A stretch of 64,000 nucleotides of DNA, from NCBI GenBank assembly GCA_000004985.1, contig GG738857.1; one strand, written 5' to 3'. The notes beneath the pieces are model-generated. The model made no database searches. It was not told the origin of the DNA and saw only the letters and a list, made by a program, of their open reading frames with translations. Positions within the stretch are counted from its first letter, which is position 1, and each line of letters starts with the position of its first letter. The translations under genes and the position numbers were made by a program. Positions 1 through 11,741 of the stretch are shown here, piece by piece. The DNA is from Naegleria gruberi. Lineage: Eukaryota.

Positions 1-1444
1 GTACATTGGAGCATTTACAAATTAATTCCTTCAAATTGGAATAGACTGATGAATCGAAAATGATTTCGAATAAAGATTCTAAACAAGTCAAGTCAGAAAT
101 ATCCAAGTATTCCAAATTAGATAAGGTAGGAGCACTCAAAAAGGTAACATAGGTACTTTTCAATAATTCCTTGTTTTCGCAATCTAAAGCATATGAATTA
201 GAGATGGTGAGCCTCTTTAGATTTGGGCAATGATAAGTGAGGGAAGGAAAGGTTGAAATGTAGGTATTTTTCAAATACAAATCAGTAATTGAGCTTTGGG
301 AGTTTGGAGGACACTGTACAACCTCTGAATTTTCTTTGGTATACTGTGTTCTCTCTTTAAATATGTTTGCATTTGTCCAATTAAACCGTTCAGCTTTGAG
401 TGTTGTGAGTTTTGGTAAACTTGGAGAAAAAATTAAATTTACAAATTCACTATTTGGCATGTAACCGTAGGAAAGATCAAGGCTAGTAATATTGGTTAAA
501 CTTGTAAACAAGTTTGGGTATTGAGATTCATTCAAGCTACGATTTCTAATAGCCAAATATTCCAGATTGACCTTATCTTTCAAAAATGGGACTAGTCCAT
601 TATCTCCTTTCTTCAAATATTGAACATGTTGTGGTAATTTTAAATGAGTGAGTTGATTCAAATATTTGGATTCTGACATGATTTGAAGAATTGTTTCTGG
701 ATAATCATGACTTGATAAATCTAATTTTTTAACACTAGACATGAAACTGCTATTGAGCAACTCTTTTACCTCCTTTTCTGTAAACTTTCTCATACCGGAC
801 AAGTTTAATTTTGTCAAATTCTTAATTGAACATTTCTTTAAATTCTTCACAGTTTGAATTCCCATATTATTAGATGATAAATCCAATTTTGTCAAATTGT
901 CCAACTTTTTACAAGAAGCAAGAGCTTGAAATGTATCCACACCAGCAGAAAACAATGACAATGAAGTGACATTCTTGATAAATGATCCATCTAATAAACT
1001 GGTAATCTCTTCCTTTCCAATTTTGACTGAATTTCTTTTTGTATAACTTTTAGAACCTAATTTCACTTTAAACGAAAGTCTCTTCAAGGTTTCTCTCCAA
1101 GTCTTGGATACCAATTGACAGGAATTCATCAGAATTGGTAAATCCAAAAATTGATAAATGTGAAATAAATTATCAGAGTTTAATTGATCGGACGAAACTT
1201 TTCTTCTATGCACATCCAAATCCTTCAAGAATTCGTTAATATTGCCCACAAATTCATCAATCATGGAACTATTATTTACAAAATAATGATGACCAACCAA
1301 TTTCACCTTTTTAGAAAGTGAAAGTAATTGATCATTGACAGAGGTCATTTCATTAAATAAAACACCATCAATATTTTCATCAACATGTTCTTCTTTAGAT
1401 GATGATGTTTCTGCGTGTTTTCTCTTCTTGTTTTGTTTTGGCAT
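1..1444 (-). CDS. F-box/leucine-rich-repeat protein, 5' end present, runs off window start (partial)
   Basis: Minus-strand frame open from ATG (rc at 1442-1444, A-rich upstream) to position 1. Translation gives MPKQNKKRKHAETSSS..., an F-box-like LFHIYQFLDLPILMNSCQLVSKTWRETL, then repeated LxxLxLSxN leucine-rich repeats. Absent from the ORF track because no stop falls inside the window. Frame checked by hand at several places. Confidence 0.7.
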   Translation of the reverse strand, partial: MPKQNKKRKHAETSSSKEEHVDENIDGVLFNEMTSVNDQLLSLSKKVKLVGHHYFVNNSSMIDEFVGNINEFLKDLDVHRRKVSSDQLNSDNLFHIYQFLDLPILMNSCQLVSKTWRETLKRLSFKVKLGSKSYTKRNSVKIGKEEITSLLDGSFIKNVTSLSLFSAGVDTFQALASCKKLDNLTKLDLSSNNMGIQTVKNLKKCSIKNLTKLNLSGMRKFTEKEVKELLNSSFMSSVKKLDLSSHDYPETILQIMSESKYLNQLTHLKLPQHVQYLKKGDNGLVPFLKDKVNLEYLAIRNRSLNESQYPNLFTSLTNITSLDLSYGYMPNSEFVNLIFSPSLPKLTTLKAERFNWTNANIFKERTQYTKENSEVVQCPPNSQSSITDLYLKNTYISTFPSLTYHCPNLKRLTISNSYALDCENKELLKSTYVTFLSAPTLSNLEYLDISDLTCLESLFEIIFDSSVYSNLKELICKCSNV

Positions 1445-1553
1445 TTTTTTTCTGGTGATTTTCATTCAGATGTTCCAGAAAATGGTAGAAGATTTTTTTT
1501 TCAATTCTTTCATTATTGCCCTTAATAAAAGAAACTAGTTTAAATTAATTTAT

Positions 1554-4548
1554 TTACACATCATTTAAAACATCAAAGAATGAAATCTCCTGATTATACG
1601 AGTTTGTTGAAGCTCTTCTATCTGCAGATGGAGAGAGAGGAGTGTTACTTCCACCTAATTCCAAACTAGTATTATTCAAACTCGTTCCAAGAGGAGATGG
1701 GCTAATTAGTGAGCCACCACTTCCAATTGAACCAGCCAAAGTTTGTGCTGTGCTTAATAAATCGGTGGTTGGTGTATTGGCTTTGTCACTTCCAACACTC
1801 ATAGTTCTTCTCAATTCTCTCATTCTAATTTCACCAAAGAGAACACATCCATCAATCGGTTTGGCATATTGATTGAGCATTGGAATACTTCTGCAACCTT
1901 TCTTTAATTGACGAACTGGAAGATAATTTTCACATAAAAATTCATTCGCAGTCTTGTTCTTGTCATAAACTGAAATACGAATTACAGCCAACTCTGGACA
2001 GGTAATGCTAAAGGCAAATCTCTTGTTAAAAACTGGATTGAAACCATTGTCAGTTACACTTTCTGACTTTTCATCATATTCATCTTGTGGAATACCTAAT
2101 ACTTGAAGTCTGACAAATGGATCAACAATTTCTCCCTTATCACTCATACCTGGTTTTGGCAATTGTTCTCCACAAACAACCTTTCCAATAAAATATTCCA
2201 GTAATTTCATTCAATTATTTAAAATATAAAGTTAATAATAAAAATAAAGAATAGAAACTCACTGTAAAAACAACAGATAATACTGGTGAAGTTCCAGCAG
2301 AGAATGGACTTGGAATGCCCTCTAAACGTAAAAAGTCAGGTTTTACAACATAGCCACATTTTCCATTCTCCTCGAATAAAACTTCGTTAAATCTCATATG
2401 TTCATCATAGGTCTGATAATTGAGAGCAACCATTTGACAACCAGTGGCCCAGCCCAACATTGGATTGTAATTACTTGATGAAATTCTGGTACCTCTTGGA
2501 TAGGTTCTAGAGATGTGATTCTTATTATACTTGACAAGGGCTTCTGGATCCTTCTTTAGGAGCTTTTCCAATTTACCTTCAGAGAAGCTGTGCATTTTCC
2601 AACATGGCTCAGCAAACTCTCCATGGAATGAAACTGCACACAATGCAATTATATCTGAGAGACCTTTGGCAACTTTGGACTTTTTCTTTTCCTTCTTTGG
2701 TTTCTCCTTCGAGGAGGATGGAGTAGAGACAGCTTCGTCATCCTCATCGTCTTCCTCCTCATCGTCATCTTCATCAGTTCCACTGCACAATCTCTTACCT
2801 TTGAGAAGGATCTTTCTCCTCAATTCGTGAGGAGATGGATATGTCACAATATCTTCAGGTGGAGGCATGTACAAATCCTCTCCAAATATTTGGACCATAA
2901 TCTTGGCCATCATTTCTTGTTGTGGTTCACTGCAGTGAACTTCCAATGATAAAATTACAGGGTACTCTGACGCTTTGAAGGCATAGTCGTGAATAATTTG
3001 GACTACATCTCTGAATTTAATTTTAGAGACGAGAGTGTGACCATGGAAAATGATTGGTTCATCCTTACCATCCCAACAATCCAATTCGACACAACGACAG
3101 CCAGTCAACAGTACATCTCTATACTTTTCAACAGAGCTTTCTCCTTTCAATTGATGTCCTGTCAGGTAGGTATTGTGAGAAGATGAAATAAAGTAGTGAG
3201 ACAGTGGTAGAGTCATATCTTGATGTAATTTCTTAAATCCTGGTTTCAATATTGAGTTTGCTTGTGAAAATAAATATCTGGTAAAATCATAACTTGTCAA
3301 ACCCAATCCCATTTCTGTTTGAATGGCTCCATGATTTTGCATTAATTTTTCTGCATCTTCAACTGTTTTAATATCTTGATCATCTTGTTGGGAGAGAATA
3401 AACTCAAAGAATTGTTGAGAGAGTACTAATTGGTGTTTCTTTGAATATCTGGCAAAGATTGTACTTTCAATTTCAGGTCTTCTCATCATAGATTTGTAAA
3501 ATTCAACAAATTCTTGGTATTCAATATATCCACTTCCATCTGTATCAAATTGTTTGTATTTTTGTTTCATTGATTTACTTGACATGTCAATATTCAACTT
3601 TTGGCATAATTTTACAACTTCCTAATAATAGCAAAAATTGTTTAATACATTAAATAAAAAAATTGAATGTGAATAAAACTTACCTTGTAATCCAGTTGTC
3701 CATCATTATTCACGTCAGCTTTCATCCAATGTTTTAAAATCAACAACTTGGTTGGATCTCTATCATAACTAATTCTTGATTCTCTAATCAAGTAATTGAG
3801 TAAACAAATATTTTCATTAAATTCATTCAAACTCTCACACATGATATCAATTTGTTCATCCTTGGCACCATAAATAATTGTATATCCATGTTCCAATTGT
3901 GGTGACTCTATTTTTCTACCAAAATAACCTTTTGATTGAGTTTTTGCTGCTTTACCCATCATGTCACTACCACAAATTTGTTTAATATCTCGTAAAAACA
4001 CTATCAATATCAAATCATTAAATTTCAATTATTTTCATCAATATTACACATCATAATAATAAATAGTACGTGTTTGTTTTGATAATAACAGGTTTAAATA
4101 GTTTAGAATATTTCCTACATACCATGTACTTTAGTTTCCTTCTTTTTCGAATCCTTTACCTCTATAAAAGTTTCCTCATCATCCAATACAAAATAATGAT
4201 CCTTGAGTGTGGTAGCTTTCTTCTCAAGGGATGATTTTAACTTTCTTCCCGACTTGAATTCTTGTAAAATCTTGTTAATATAGGCTGGTTCAGCATATTG
4301 ATAGGTTTGTAGTAAATGTTGATCAATGCAAATCTGTTCACACAATTCACTATTATCACTTCCAACGTGGAAGCTCCACCTCGAGGTGAAGATTCATTAT
4401 TGTGATTTGTTGTTGTTATTGTTGTTGTTCTACTATTATTGATGATGGATGAGGTGATGATGGGTGGTTGTAGTGGTGAGGGTGATGAAGATAATGATGA
4501 TGAAGGCAAATCATCCAATGCTCCTGGGCTTGTTGGATAGGATGACAT
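1554..4548 (-). CDS. Phosphoinositide-specific phospholipase C (PLC-delta-like), multi-exon
   Basis: Minus-strand exons. 1554-~2192: C2 domain ([11 protein letters not shown]...[12 protein letters not shown]). ~2270-3597: EF-hand ([13 protein letters not shown]), PI-PLC X domain ([39 protein letters not shown]), acidic X-Y linker and Y domain ([10 protein letters not shown]...[11 protein letters not shown]...[10 protein letters not shown]). 3642-4028 and 4115-4548: PH-like/N-terminal exons. GTGAGT donor near 2268 and AG acceptor near 2193. The 5'-most exons are in two frames (intron or frameshift unresolved). Confidence 0.8.
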
Positions 4549-4931
4549 TTTTTTCTAATTGTCAAATGTCGGAGCATGTTGCCAAATGGTTGTGTACCAG
4601 GTGGATACTCATTTGATATTTACACAACAAAGCGTTAATTGTTATTTCAATGAAATTCTTAACATCACTTATTTTCTACCTAACTTCATGTAACATTACA
4701 AGTTCATTCCGAAGCCTAAAATTCTAAATTTTAATGCCTAAAATTAAACAAGCTATTAATATCAATAAGAATAGACACGTTTTCCTTCCAATTTAATAGA
4801 TTCACCTTACTGATTCCATAACAAACGTACTCTATTTTAAATATCTTTGGAGCAATATCACGTTACCGGCAATCTCCTCTATTTAAATTGTGCTTTCACG
4901 TTTTGTTTTTTTAAATCTAAAAATAAAAAAA

Positions 4932-5579
4932 ATGTCTGTTACAAGTAACAGCAATAGTAGTAACGAGATGAAGGAAAATGCGGTTCTGCAGTTTGTTGTA
5001 CACGATGAACAGCAGCCATTATTATTAGGATTAGAATTGGATGGTAATACGAATGAATTGCTATCAATAATTAATAACATGATACCGAGAGAGGATGTAA
5101 ATGATGATCAGGATGAATTTTTAATATTTGATAATTTTGATTTTAATTTACAGTCGCCGAATAATTTGAATTCGAAAAGTGGAAATGATACCCTTATGAA
5201 TAATAGTGATTCTACTTTTAATGCTACAAATAATTATTTATTTAACAATGTGAGAGTAGAGGAAGGGAAGAACAATGAGGATGAATCTGATTTAATATTT
5301 CCCAAACAGTTATGTCTTCCAACTGGAATGACAATAATTTGCAACAATATGGAAGAGTATAAACTGTTTAGGACAATATGTAAGGATCAAGAGACTGGGG
5401 ATTTTATACCTATTGTACAGGAAACTAAACCACCACCATCAGTTCTCAAACGAATGGAAGAAAGAAGGAAGGAATTATCTTTAAGGAATAATCAAAATAA
5501 TCAAAATAATCAACATAATAGGGAGAGTCATTTAATGAATCGGGGTTGTGAAACCTCACAAGATGAAAAAGAAACTTGA
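4932..5579 (+). CDS. Hypothetical Asn/Gln-rich protein
   Basis: ORF with ATG at 4932 in A-rich context (aaaaaaaATG). Low-complexity N-rich and acidic sequence. No recognisable domain. Confidence 0.45.
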   Translation: MSVTSNSNSSNEMKENAVLQFVVHDEQQPLLLGLELDGNTNELLSIINNMIPREDVNDDQDEFLIFDNFDFNLQSPNNLNSKSGNDTLMNNSDSTFNATNNYLFNNVRVEEGKNNEDESDLIFPKQLCLPTGMTIICNNMEEYKLFRTICKDQETGDFIPIVQETKPPPSVLKRMEERRKELSLRNNQNNQNNQHNRESHLMNRGCETSQDEKET

Positions 5580-5977
5580 ACGAATGATTGGGTCAACTGT
5601 GTATGAAAAGGATTTTTTCGGGATGTAAAAGAATCGAGAAAATATTCCCACTCACTAGGTACTAAAATTTATCAGTCAGAGTAGTATCATCTGATTAGAT
5701 CTAGGCATGCTTGAAAGGAATTAGCAAAATTCTATTACAAAATTTGAATAGTTTTTTGTAAATAATAACAAGAATAAGCTCAAAATTATTCTTTTTATCC
5801 TTTTTTCTATTCTTTTAAAATATAATTTAAGGTTTACACAAGCAACACTACCAATAAATTGACCATCAACGTGGAAATGGTCCATGATCTGGTGGTTGTT
5901 TGAGTTCGTTGATAATCACAAAAATTACAAACCAAATTTTTATTGCTCTTATTAACATTTTTTTCAAAGAAGCCAGA

Positions 5978-6058
5978 GCAGACTTGGCCGAGAGGTTAAG
6001 GCGCGAGACTCGAAATCTCGTGGGGAAACCTTCGTAGGTTCGAATCCTGCAGTCTGCG
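5978..6058 (+). tRNA. tRNA-Ser (anticodon CGA)
   Basis: Cloverleaf: acceptor GCAGACT/AGTCTGC, D-arm GCC-GAGAGGTTAA-GGC, anticodon stem CGAGA/TCTCG with loop CTCGAAA (anticodon CGA), long class-II variable arm, T-arm AGG-TTCGAAT-CCT, discriminator G. Confidence 0.9.
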
Positions 6059-6434
6059 ACTGACTTTTACTTTCTCCCAATATCAGCGATCTTTTCTCCC
6101 GTTGTTTAACTTTAAATACTTCAACTTTCTATATCTTCACATCCACAACTGTTATACTATCATATCTGAAAATATTACCTCTCTTCTCCAAGTAATTATC
6201 TAGAACGAGCTGTTCTAAACTGTCGATAGGTTTTTTAGCTTGAACTTTTCTTCGTCAAAGAGTTGGGACTATGCAGATGTGGAGAGTGTATGTGAAGAGA
6301 ATCTTGATAAATGTAATTATTGTGCTCATAGGAATGTTGAGCAAAAGTCTAGTTGTTATGTTTTTCTGCAAATATGAAATTGAAATTGCAAATAAAGTTC
6401 ATTAATAAAAAATGTCGCAACTTGAAGACCCATC

Positions 6435-7353
6435 TTGATAAATTCTCTTCCCATAGAATTAATTTTGGATATTTATTCATTTTGCAATTTGGATGATTTA
6501 CGTAATTTAATGTTGTCTTTTTCACAATTTTATGAATTGTTGAAAAGTTCGGAAGCATATAGAGTGTGGATGATTCAATTACATCATCTCGATCTTATAC
6601 GAAACTCGAAAGAGAGAAAAACAAGGAAACAATTCAAGAATTTTTCCTTTTTGGAATTGAGTGATAATTTCGAAAGAGTTGGAAAGAATGGTTCCATTGA
6701 AAATAGAACGACAGTAATAATGAAGGTAATTCGTAAACAGTTACATTATTGTATTTTGAAGGAATTGGGTAGTGCAACTTTTTTAGAGAAATGCCATGAA
6801 AGACCAAGGTATTTGGAGGATTTTAGAGATTTGGTGATTGAAAAATTGACCAAAACTTGTGTCATTACATCGATGAATAGATATTTACTGGAATATGATC
6901 CATTCTATTTGTTTAAATATTCTAGTACAAGTACGATTGATCAGATCTTTTTGCAAACAGTTTGTAGATTTATGTTTTTGACAGAAAGTAGTTCTTTTGG
7001 AAGTGATAGTCCATTTCTCCAAACTTGGAAAAAAATGTCAAATAATCAATTGGAACCTAATGTTAAAATTTGGAAGGAAGTTTACCAGAAAAGGTTTTGC
7101 AAGAATACCAAAGCTTGTTTGTTGGCCTATTCAACTGCCTTATTATTTACATGACGGAGAATACAAGACAGCTAGTGAGTTGGTGAAAGAAGAGGGCAGA
7201 TTGAAATGGTTACCACGTTTCATTGAAGAGTTTGAATGTGGTGAAGAATTCAAAAATTTGACGAATCCAAACTGTGAGGAAGCATTAGGATACTGCCAAC
7301 ACTATTTCTACAAGTTCAATATCAATACTGGAAAAAGGCAGTACTTTTATTAA
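6435..7353 (+). CDS. F-box domain protein (two overlapping reading frames, probable intron or frameshift)
   Basis: N-terminal F-box MINSLPIELILDIYSFCNLDDLRNL. ORFs 6435-7154 and 6997-7353 overlap in different frames, so the junction needs an unresolved intron or an indel. Confidence 0.5.
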
Positions 7354-7437
7354 CCTGAACAAAGGACTGATTCACTTGGAATATTTACTTAGTTTATCTT
7401 ATAAATAGTTCAATATTATGATTTTTGTATTGTGGTT

Positions 7438-7555
7438 GGCTACGGCCATATCACGATGAATGCACCTCATCCCGTCCGATTTGAGAAGTTAAGCATCGTC
7501 GAGCCACATCAGTACTGAGGTTGGAGACAACTTGGGAACCTGTGGTGCTGTAGTC
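7438..7555 (+). rRNA. 5S ribosomal RNA
   Basis: GGCTACGGCCATATCACG...CATCCCGTCCGATTTGAGAAGTTAAGC...GTACTGAGGTTGGAGACAACTTGGGAACCTGTGGTGCTGTAGTC matches conserved 5S blocks (CCCGTCCGAT, AAGTTAAGC, GGGAA...GGTGCTGTAG). Terminal helix I pairs 5' GGCTACGG with 3' CTGTAGTC. Followed directly by T5. Confidence 0.9.
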
Positions 7556-7560
7556 TTTTT
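7556..7560 (+). terminator. Pol III oligo-T terminator of the 5S gene
   Basis: TTTTT directly after the 5S 3' end. Confidence 0.7.
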
Positions 7561-7730
7561 AGTGAGCTTTTTCAATTTCCTTTTGAACAATAATTCAATA
7601 GGACATTAATACAGTTGCTTAATAGTTTAAGCAAAGAGAGTATAATTTCCTGCGAAATAAGATTTATTGAACATTGTAGTTTTAATACTTTAATACGGAG
7701 AAAATCCCCTTAATTGTTTTTCAAAAAAAA

Positions 7731-8876
7731 ATGGCTGAAACACTATTGTTCTCAACTCATAACCAAGCTGTACGGAAGAATATTGAACATTGGAAAACTT
7801 ACATCCACAAAAAAACTAATTTCTTAAAGGAAAACAAACTTTTCTTTAAATCACGAATGTCTGAAAATATGGAACAACGAAGCAGATTATTATATGATGT
7901 TTTATCTCCCGAGCAAAGAGAAGAAATAATTATTGATAAGTTTGTTCTTGATTTGTTTCTGATATGGAATGTACAAGATTACTATGATGATCTTGAGAAA
8001 AGCTTTCAAGTTCCGTTTTTTTTGAATGACCATTTCGATAAATATACCATGTACAGCTTGCTGTTTTTTAGAAAGATATTGTTTGAATCTGATTCTTATA
8101 TGGAGGAATACATTAGAGAATACCCAAAGATAGCAATTTATTCTCCCATGTTCAAATGTTTTTCTAGTTTTGTAAAGGAAGAATATGACTTGAAGAGTAA
8201 GAGATCCTCAATGTTAAATCACATTCCCTTCTTGAATTTCATTATTAAGCTTTTTAATTCTATGGGAGTTGAAGTTAAGGTGAATGATTATTTAAGAGAT
8301 GAGAATGGAAATATCCTAGTCAATCAATTACTAGCAATTAGCTATGAACAATTTAATATGTGTGGAATAGTTTCAAATGACTTGTCAATAGAGAGTGAAG
8401 AGGAATGGAGAAACTGTATTTTCACTTCACACATAATGCAAAGAAAACAAACAAACTTCAAAAAAGGTAGTATGTTCTCTCTTTGTTTCATTATCCATGG
8501 TTGTAAAATTACTTTCTTTTGTTCACATCAACCTTATTCATTGGATTATTTCGTATTCAACAAGATTCAAACCTGGGACTTTTGCAATGTGGATCATCTT
8601 ATTGAAATAGTTGGATGCCTTTTCATGTTTATAAGTCTTTCGTGGATGAATTCAAAAACAAATCCTTTTGAATATAAAACTGGAGAGATTCTTTCTGCAA
8701 TGAACACTGTTGAACTTTATGAACAAAAACTAAAAGAAAAACAAAAATATGAACAGGAGAGACAACAGTATAGGATAATTAAGGAAAAGCATAGATTGTT
8801 AAAGAGAAAGGACAAAAAAATTAAGTTTACTGATAGTGTTATAGAGCAATTATTAAAATGTACAATTAATAAATAG
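7731..8876 (+). CDS. Hypothetical protein (381 aa)
   Basis: Single long ORF with ATG in aaaaaaaATG context. Lys/Glu-rich C-terminus. No recognised domain. Confidence 0.5.
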   Translation: MAETLLFSTHNQAVRKNIEHWKTYIHKKTNFLKENKLFFKSRMSENMEQRSRLLYDVLSPEQREEIIIDKFVLDLFLIWNVQDYYDDLEKSFQVPFFLNDHFDKYTMYSLLFFRKILFESDSYMEEYIREYPKIAIYSPMFKCFSSFVKEEYDLKSKRSSMLNHIPFLNFIIKLFNSMGVEVKVNDYLRDENGNILVNQLLAISYEQFNMCGIVSNDLSIESEEEWRNCIFTSHIMQRKQTNFKKGSMFSLCFIIHGCKITFFCSHQPYSLDYFVFNKIQTWDFCNVDHLIEIVGCLFMFISLSWMNSKTNPFEYKTGEILSAMNTVELYEQKLKEKQKYEQERQQYRIIKEKHRLLKRKDKKIKFTDSVIEQLLKCTINK

Positions 8877-8991
8877 AATAACCAAAGTTTAAACACCTTC
8901 TGACCTAGATGTTGGTTAATTAAGAGATTTTAGGTTCCGATTTATTAAGATATTAAGACATTAGCATATTTTTATGAGGAATGAATAAGAT

Positions 8992-9063
8992 TCCCGTGTA
9001 GTCCAATGGCTAGGATACCTGGCTTTCACCCAGGAGGTCCGGGTTCAATTCCCGGCATGGGAG
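8992..9063 (+). tRNA. tRNA-Glu (anticodon TTC)
   Basis: TCCCGTG-TA-GTCC-AATGGCTA-GGAT-A-CCTGG-CTTTCAC-CCAGG-AGGTC-CGGGT-TCAATTC-CCGGC-ATGGGA-G. Anticodon loop CTTTCAC. Typical eukaryotic tRNA-Glu 5' end TCCCNTNTGGTCTA-like. Confidence 0.9.
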
Positions 9064-9707
9064 AATCATTTTGTTTATTATTCAAAAAACTAGTCTTAAT
9101 TCGTGATAGTTCCTGTTTGAGATTTTCGACCACAAGCTTAGGTCAGAAATTATTTCCTTCCAAACAATCCGATGGGATATCCTGTTGTTTTTCTTATCTA
9201 CCATTGACGCACTTGTCCCTTCTTCAATGAAACTGAATATTTTTAAAATTCTTACTTCATTCCAATAGAAATAGTTCTCATCTTCAACGCTTAGTGTTTT
9301 TAATTAAAAAATGAACAGTTCTAACTAATTTACTAGACTTGGGCTAGTTCCATTGTTTTCGTTTGTAAAAGCAAATGTCGAGATGTGGCCACATTTGACT
9401 CCTCAAAGAAATTCTTCGCTCAACAACAAATTCCATTTAACTTTTTTCGAATCGTAAAATAAATTAACAAAATAATCATGAAGTTAACAAGTATCTAAAA
9501 TAGTTTCTGACTACCATTCTAAACAAATAACTTTTCACAAGAATCATTTTCACATCATCAAGTACCCAATTACCCAACCAAAAAAAAATCATTCAATACC
9601 CTACCTCATCCTAGTCTGGTCAATTGATACGTATTGACGTTAATTTTCACAACAACACTCATCAACGCCTGTTTTCCATCAAAACTAATCAAAACTAATT
9701 CAAACTA

Positions 9708-11516
9708 ATGAGGAAAAAGTCTTCTGCTTCATCCCACCTGTATTATTTTCCGTTGAGTTGTGTAATTCTTGATGGTGCCACTAATTTATTGACCACCATT
9801 GTGGACTCGTTCTCTCAACAAGATTCCACATCTTCAGCAGCAACTGGAAATAACCAAACTTTCAATGATACTTCATCAAATTGTAGCTCGCCATCATTAA
9901 TGACCGTTGACAGTTCAATGACATTTACAGAATATCATGATGGAAGATCGTTCACTGTTCCATGTGTTTATGAACTGAGAGATCGTTTTCAGAGGTTTTT
10001 GAAAGAAACTTCAACTAGGAGAGCTGATGATTATCTCATCAAGTTGCATAAATTAATGTTTTTAGATGAATTTTATGATCCAACAAGGAATAGAAGAAAG
10101 AGAATTGAGAATTGTGAAACATTATTCAGAATGTGTGATCAATATTTGACATTGATTCATATTCAATCAAAAAATTCACTTTCCTTTTCATTATTAGATA
10201 CATTCCCATATTTGTATAACTTTGAAGAAATGCAAAAGATTCAACCTGACAATTCCATTTTGAAAAATCATGAATATTTGGTGAAATGGTTCAGAAAACA
10301 ATCTGAAAATTTAAAGAAATATTTGGCAGAGAAAGCTAATCAAGAAGTATTGAATGGTGGAGAATCCACTTCACCAGTTTCACCAGAGGAATCAACACAT
10401 GACCTAAATGAATCGATGGCTTCTCCAACATTGAGTGGATATATTAATTCTCCAACAAAATCCATACCTGGCATTGAGGAAAAACAAGCAGAACAATCGA
10501 AACTTGCCGATTATTTGGATGAAAATGAATTGAAAATGTTAACATACATGTTGAGTTCTGAATTGGAAGATTACTTTTCACTCTTCCAAAAGTCAAATGT
10601 TAAATACATGAAAAAGTGGTTGGAAAAGAATGTAAAAAGTTTGCCAAACTATATTATTGACACAATATCCAAAAAGAGAAAGAAATATTTACATTATCAT
10701 GAAAATTACAAATTGAGAGAAGAAGATTTGAATATGAAAACAATTCTCGACTCTGATTTTGAATTCATTCAATATTTAGCAGAACATACTGAAGATTGGA
10801 CAATAATGAATTCAGATTCTCCCATCATTCAAAGTTTCAAATCAAAAGAAAACTATTCGAAAATTCCAGATATGAAAATGCAAAAGTTCATTTCAAAAAT
10901 CAATTATTCCATTGAAAATGTCTTGAAAACAACTCTTTGTAACACAGATGAAATTGGTGAAAAGGATAACATGATTGAATGCTCTGAATATCATCACTAT
11001 ACTGAAATTGATCCTTCCGTTTCGAGTAGAAAATATTCTTCAGTCATTCAAACTTCAATTATGAATTATGGATCGATATTTAAGAAACGTTCATTGGAAA
11101 ATGTAATTTCATGTAGGGCAACGTTTTGTGGAGATGAAATACAAGATGCCATTCATCTCTACAAGACATGTTCCTATGTTTCTAATAAGAATGAAGATTC
11201 TAAAGCTCCTGTAAAGATAGTTATTGTTGGAGGGAGAATCTTTTCAAGAATCGATTCGAATAGAACAAAAGTAATTGATGTACGAATGTTCAATGTTGGT
11301 GGAATGTTTTTCAATTCAGATTTTGTAGTGCACAAACTTTCGTCCAAGAAAATGCTAGACGATACTTTGGAATATTTGGAAAAATCAATGAAGAAATCAG
11401 AAAAGGAAGGTTTCCCAATGCCACAATCTGATAAGCATTTTATTTGGAAAACTTTTGCAGATTATTGTAAAGTTCATTGTAAAGTAAATGTTGAATTGAA
11501 ATGGGAGAAAAACTAG
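9708..11516 (+). CDS. Hypothetical protein, member 1 of a tandem-duplicated family
   Basis: 602-aa ORF. Shares a ~100-aa block with the next gene (LIKLHKLMFLDEFYDPTRNRRKRIENCETLFRMCDQYLTLIHIQSKNSLSFSLLDTFPYLYNFEEMQKIQPDNSILKNHEYLVKWFRKQSENLKKYL). The block is identical at protein level and nearly so at DNA level (10060-10330 vs 12160-12430). Confidence 0.6.
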   Translation: MRKKSSASSHLYYFPLSCVILDGATNLLTTIVDSFSQQDSTSSAATGNNQTFNDTSSNCSSPSLMTVDSSMTFTEYHDGRSFTVPCVYELRDRFQRFLKETSTRRADDYLIKLHKLMFLDEFYDPTRNRRKRIENCETLFRMCDQYLTLIHIQSKNSLSFSLLDTFPYLYNFEEMQKIQPDNSILKNHEYLVKWFRKQSENLKKYLAEKANQEVLNGGESTSPVSPEESTHDLNESMASPTLSGYINSPTKSIPGIEEKQAEQSKLADYLDENELKMLTYMLSSELEDYFSLFQKSNVKYMKKWLEKNVKSLPNYIIDTISKKRKKYLHYHENYKLREEDLNMKTILDSDFEFIQYLAEHTEDWTIMNSDSPIIQSFKSKENYSKIPDMKMQKFISKINYSIENVLKTTLCNTDEIGEKDNMIECSEYHHYTEIDPSVSSRKYSSVIQTSIMNYGSIFKKRSLENVISCRATFCGDEIQDAIHLYKTCSYVSNKNEDSKAPVKIVIVGGRIFSRIDSNRTKVIDVRMFNVGGMFFNSDFVVHKLSSKKMLDDTLEYLEKSMKKSEKEGFPMPQSDKHFIWKTFADYCKVHCKVNVELKWEKN

Positions 11517-11741
11517 ACAAATAAAAATTAACAGATCACACAATTTAACCAATAGTTGTTTAAAATGGAGGGAAATGTCCATAAATACTTGTTATCATCT
11601 CTTAAACGCATAAATACTATCACATGTCATTTGACTTTTGGCAAGTGTTTGATAAAATTAAGTTTAAAAAAAAATTAGTGAAAAACTAACACATATCCAA
11701 TAAGAGAATCATCTTTTAAAGGTGCGACACCCAATTCTTCA

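Noticed and set aside
1335-1538. Plus-strand 67-aa ORF
   Set aside because: Lies antisense to the well-supported minus-strand F-box/LRR CDS (1-1444), so it is an antisense artefact of AT-rich sequence.
2531-2830. Poly-Ser ORF and many other 60-120-aa ORFs antisense to large genes (e.g. 18426-18818, 24003-24149, 55470-55733, 57381-57641, 59002-59187)
   Set aside because: Embedded antisense within long conserved CDSs. They are low-complexity translations of the opposite strand of (GAA/TCA/AAT)n-rich coding sequence.
7438-7555. Alternative reading of this region as a tRNA or an ORF (6997-7353 neighbourhood)
   Set aside because: The sequence matches 5S rRNA conserved blocks and helix I pairing and ends in T5. 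It is not a cloverleaf.
9006-9230. 74-aa ORF MARIPGFHPGGPGSIPG...
   Set aside because: Overlaps the tRNA-Glu gene in sense. It is a translation of tRNA sequence, not a protein.
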